From Diplonema japonicum (lineage: Eukaryota; Protista; Euglenozoa: Diplonemea): DNA of 64,000 bases. Under the pieces are notes generated by a model that worked only from the letters and a program-made list of their open reading frames with translations, made no database searches and was not told the DNA's origin. A program made the translations under genes and the position numbers. Each line of letters begins with the position of its first letter. The stretch's first letter is position 1. The stretch is taken from contig OZ025747.1 in the NCBI GenBank assembly GCA_964019335.1, positions 248,001 through 312,000 of the forward strand. The letters are read 5' to 3'. Below are positions 59,920 through 64,000 of this stretch, one piece after another.

Positions 59920-59954
<35 letters not shown>

Positions 59955-60949
59955 TCGAGTATTTTTTTTTCCCCCCTTTTCATTCAAACGCGTTTTTTTT
60001 TTACTTTTTTATTTTTTTTAAACTGTTGTGCGGGATTCCTTATATGAAAAGTGGGTGCTATTCTCGTCTCATTTTTCTTTTTTTCTTTTCTCCAATGATT
60101 CTTTTTTTTACCCCCCCTCCCTTTCCTGTTATAGAGAAGGAGAACCTTACTTCAGTAAACAACGCGTTTCTTTTTTTTTGTTCTATTTTCTTTTCGTTAC
60201 ATTTAATACCCTAAATCGTACCGCCCAAATACCGAATTAAAAAAAAAAGGCTGCCATGAGTCTCTTCCTAGAAAGAAGAAGAACGTAACAAAACGGAGAA
60301 AAAAATGGGAACAATAGGTGTGTGATGTGCATCTCCTGTCTCTTTTTTGTGTGTTTTTTTTTTTTTTTTTTGTGTTTTACTAAGCTAAGCTAAAGTAGTA
60401 CTCGTGGCAGTTGCATTGCTTTGCAGCTGTTATTCTTTCATTTCTTTTTTTTTTTTTTTTCGATACAAAAAATAAAAATTCTATTTCTGTTTTCAGAGTG
60501 GGAAAAGAAAGATGAGAAGAAGAAGAAAAACAAAAAAATGGAGAAAAAAAAAAACAAAAGAAATGAAGAACGCAGAAGAAAACCCCTCTGCCCTTTATCG
60601 GGCAGTGGCACTTTCCCATCGTCTTGCCAACTGCCTATTCTCCAAGGAAAAAAAACCCTTTGTCAAAGAGGTAGGGAGGGGTCATATCTCCCCCGCTTCT
60701 AGAGGTTACAGTTTAAAAAAAAAAAAAAAAAAAAAAAAATCTTTTCTTGAGTACTTGGTCCCCATTGTCAGAACTACATCCGAACTGGCGTCCCCCCTCT
60801 CCCTCTCCCTCCCTCTCTCCCCCTCCTTCTCCCAAAGAACTTTTCGATTGGGGAAAAGCTGCGGGGGCACAGTTTTTAAATAGAATGTAAAAAGAAAAAA
60901 AGCAAAAAATGGCTGGTGTACCTATCTAATTCATATAAAATTCATATAT

Positions 60950-61972
60950 GAGCTCGTCCGGAAAAAAATGTCAACAAATGACCCTCCTATGCGGCGGAAA
61001 ACCCCCGTTAAATTTCTAAGTAAAAAAGTAGTCCGACACCACTTTGTGTGCAGAAATGCAGTCTAAGCTTGAACACCATATAGGTCAAAACGCTCGCCGT
61101 TTGTTTTATTTTTAAAACGCACGTGCAAAAACATGTTTTTTAGAATGGTTTTTGGCAAACGATTCAATTTGGAAGTTACAAATAACCCAGACTCCATTTT
61201 TTATTTTCGTTTTTCCGTGAAAAGCGACAGGAGGAATGGACGCGGACTGAAAATCTGTGAAACCTTTGGGGTCGGTGGGCTGGACTCTAAATCACTATTA
61301 AAATGGGGTGGGGAGAACTTACCCTTACAGTGCATATTGGCCTATTTAAGGCTAAAATCCCTTTAAAACCCCTTAAAAAAAGCAAGATTTTCACTTTTAA
61401 AGTATTATGAGTGCAAAAGAAAAGGAAAAACCTCAGCAGATGGGTTGAGAATGAAAGTTTGACCCCAAAGATACCAATGTCGAAGCTCTGCATGAGCAGG
61501 CAAGTGTTAAGAATTGGTTTTTCTGAAAAAGGCCAAAATCCCTTAGGAACCCCTTGAAAAAGCCAAAAAATAGGGTGTAAAAAACCGGATTTTCGGGGGC
61601 TATGCGGCGCCATATATTTTTCGCTAAGTACTTTTAACAGTAACCCGACCCTAGGTTGTACCCAGGGGTCACAAGTGCGCTTGATCACCAATTTTATGCA
61701 CCCTAGATGCTGCATTTAAAGCAATAAAATTGCATTTTAAACATTTTCCGCCGTTTTTCTGACCTCTATTTTTCGCTTCCCGGGGGCAGCTGGTTGCAAA
61801 GCCTGCCACCCTCATGGCAAAACAAGCATCGCAATTGAAAGAACGGCGTCATGTACACCATATATGTCATCTTCCTATGGTTGCATGCTGCCCTTTTTTT
61901 GCTCAAATAATCAAAACAAGAAATTTTCGGAGGTGTCCAAAAAAGTGTTGACATTTTCGTCCGGACGAGCTC
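60950..61972. mobile_element. Non-coding TIR element (~1.0 kb), possibly Sola-like
   Basis: TIRs GAGCTCGTCCGGA(AA/CG)AAAATGTCAACA; flanked by ATAT on both sides (60946-60949, 61973-61976); no credible ORF. Confidence 0.7.
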
Positions 61973-61975
61973 ATA

Positions 61976-62006
<31 letters not shown>

Positions 62007-62474
62007 AAACAAAAGAACGGCACACACTCAAAGTAGGAAGGAAAGGGTTTTTTTTTTTTCCTATTTATTGAAAAAAAAATGCTCAAAAAGATTTTTTTTT
62101 GATCCCAAAAAACGCAAAACAGCACTTCAGGAGAGCACGGCGGACTATGGGTGGATCCTTGAGCATCATCCATTTTCGGGGCCGGTTATTATGGTCTAGA
62201 TGAACCGACACCCTTTGTGGGATCTGAGTCAGCTCTGATTATATTTTAGAAACAGATAGATACAGGCAGTGGATGAGAACAAAGCAATGTCTCGCATGGT
62301 GGCATCTTGTATATCCCCTTCCTTTGAATTTGCGTTTTCAGTTTGAGCATTAAACAGATGTGCACGGGGGAAACTGCACATTAACTTTCTTTTTTTTCTA
62401 GCTCCCAAAAAAAAAAAAAAAAAAAAAATACAACACTCATCCCCTCCCATGCTCCCTTTCCCTTTGTTTAGTTT

Positions 62475-62511
<37 letters not shown>

Positions 62512-63000
62512 CTTTCGTTTTCTTTTCTCTCCATTCCCTTCCCCCTCCCAATAGGCATAGAGTGCATACAACTCGGATAACGGGAATGAACAAGCAAAAA
62601 CAGCTTGGGGACCTTGAGAAACAAATGGAGGAGGGAAAAAAAAAAAAAAAAAAAAAAGGATTTATTATTATACAAGAACCCCGTCTCATACCCATAAACA
62701 CACATATATAGGCCCCGTCCTTATCCAGGTGTATGAGCTCAACGCACCCTCCCCGTTCTTTTTATGTATCAAATTCACGCGCACAGTATCTTTAATCCTT
62801 TCTTCACCCCCCCCCCCCCCCCATTCCTCCCCTTCCTGTCAATTGTTCGCAGTTGTCTGCAGTACGCCACTTGCGTACTTTGTAGTTTGTTACGGTTCGG
62901 TGCATCCTCTTTTTTTTTTTTTTTATATATATATATATTGTCCTTGCGTCAATTTCAAAAAAAAAAAAAAAAAATAGGTTCAAGAGGAAAAAAAAAAAAA

Positions 63001-63381
63001 ATGGTGTCCAAGAAGACCAAGCGTTCCATGGAGAACATCAACTCCCGTCTGCAGCTTGTCATCAAGAGCGGGAAGTACTCGATGGGTATGAAGACTGCCC
63101 TGCACAGCCTCCGCATGGGCAAGGCCAAGTTGGTGATCATCTCGAACAACTGCCCCGCCATCACCAAGAGCATGCTTGAGTACTACGCCATGCTTAGGTA
63201 TGTTTTTTGATTTATAAACAAAAAAAGAAGAAAATACCAACCCTCCCCCCACAGCAAGTCCTCGGTTCTCCACTACAACGGGAACAACATCGACCTGGGT
63301 ACCGCATGCGGTAAGACTTACCGCACCCACGTCATGACCATCACCGACGCTGGTGACTCCGACATCCTTGGTAAGCTGTAG
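63001..63381 (+). CDS. RPL30: 60S ribosomal protein eL30, copy 1; exons 63001-63197, 63255-63381 (107 aa)
   Basis: [54 protein letters not shown]. Confidence 0.97.
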
Positions 63382-63408
63382 AAGCCTCTTTTTTTTAGGG
63401 ATTTGCTT

Positions 63409-63450
<42 letters not shown>

Positions 63451-63477
63451 TGTTTCATTTTTTTCTGTTTCATTTGC

Positions 63478-63524
<47 letters not shown>

Positions 63525-63782
63525 CTCGTCTGCCACTACCACCCCTTGCAAGGTGGCAGGGATGAAGGTCTGACCTTCTTCCTGACTTTATTTTCTTCTC
63601 TCTGCCCTCAATAAAAGGTCCGGAGTACCCCTCCAAGATTTCATGCCCCTCCTGAAGACCATCTCGGTCTTTGCGCTGCATGAGAGCATGCCGTGCCCTC
63701 ATGCCGTTAGGGGGTTTGTTAAAGAAGAAGAAAATAATCACACTCAATCTAGGCCTGTTCTTAAACACACACACACAACAAA

Positions 63783-64000
63783 ATGGTGTCCAAGAAGACC
63801 AAGCGTTCCATGGAGAACATCAACTCCCGTCTGCAGCTTGTCATCAAGAGCGGGAAGTACTCGATGGGTATGAAGACTGCCCTGCACAGCCTCCGCATGG
63901 GCAAGGCCAAGTTGGTGATCATCTCGAACAACTGCCCCGCCATCACCAAGAGCATGCTTGAGTACTACGCCATGCTTAGGTATGTCATTTAAAAAACAAA
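63783..64000 (+). CDS. RPL30: 60S ribosomal protein eL30, copy 2 (exon 1 63783-63979; truncated by window end)
   Basis: Exon 1 reads identical to copy 1; same donor site at 63980. Confidence 0.95.

Noticed and set aside
63540-63720. Hairpin GCATGAG..CTCATGC between RPL30 copies as a snoRNA or L30 autoregulatory K-turn
   Set aside because: No convincing C/D or H/ACA boxes or tandem G-A pairs, and no matching element before copy 1.

Overview
Gene-dense eukaryotic (protist) DNA. All 23 credible protein-coding genes lie on the + strand, separated by short spacers rich in A/T/C/G homopolymers. This resembles a euglenozoan (diplonemid/kinetoplastid-like) directional gene cluster, but the taxon is inferred, not proven. 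Unlike trypanosomatids, the genes carry short GT-AG introns (17 complete ones reconstructed by hand). These are mostly phase 0, have A/CA-rich rather than U-rich acceptors, and are skewed to gene 3' ends. Recognisable genes: histidine phosphatase, kinase-LRR, C2-TM-PX protein, TRIM-like protein, LRR-TPR-CHAT protein, tri-DOMON cytochrome b561, ALDH8A1, DLD, ankyrin protein, CDK5-like kinase, RCE1, ACMSD, a secreted glycosidase-like protein, a giant IQ protein, a TRPV-like channel, a GabD1-type ALDH and tandem RPL30. The standout is an ACMSD fused in frame to the isolated NAD+-binding lobe of Tpt1/KptA, about 11 kb from ALDH8A1 (the next pathway enzyme) and DLD. This is a candidate NAD-sensing switch at the tryptophan-to-NAD branch point. 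Also present: a hammerhead-ribozyme-like core, four DNA-transposon relics (hAT with 6-bp TSD, pogo, MULE-like, Sola-like), a fold-back MITE family and a 200-N gap.
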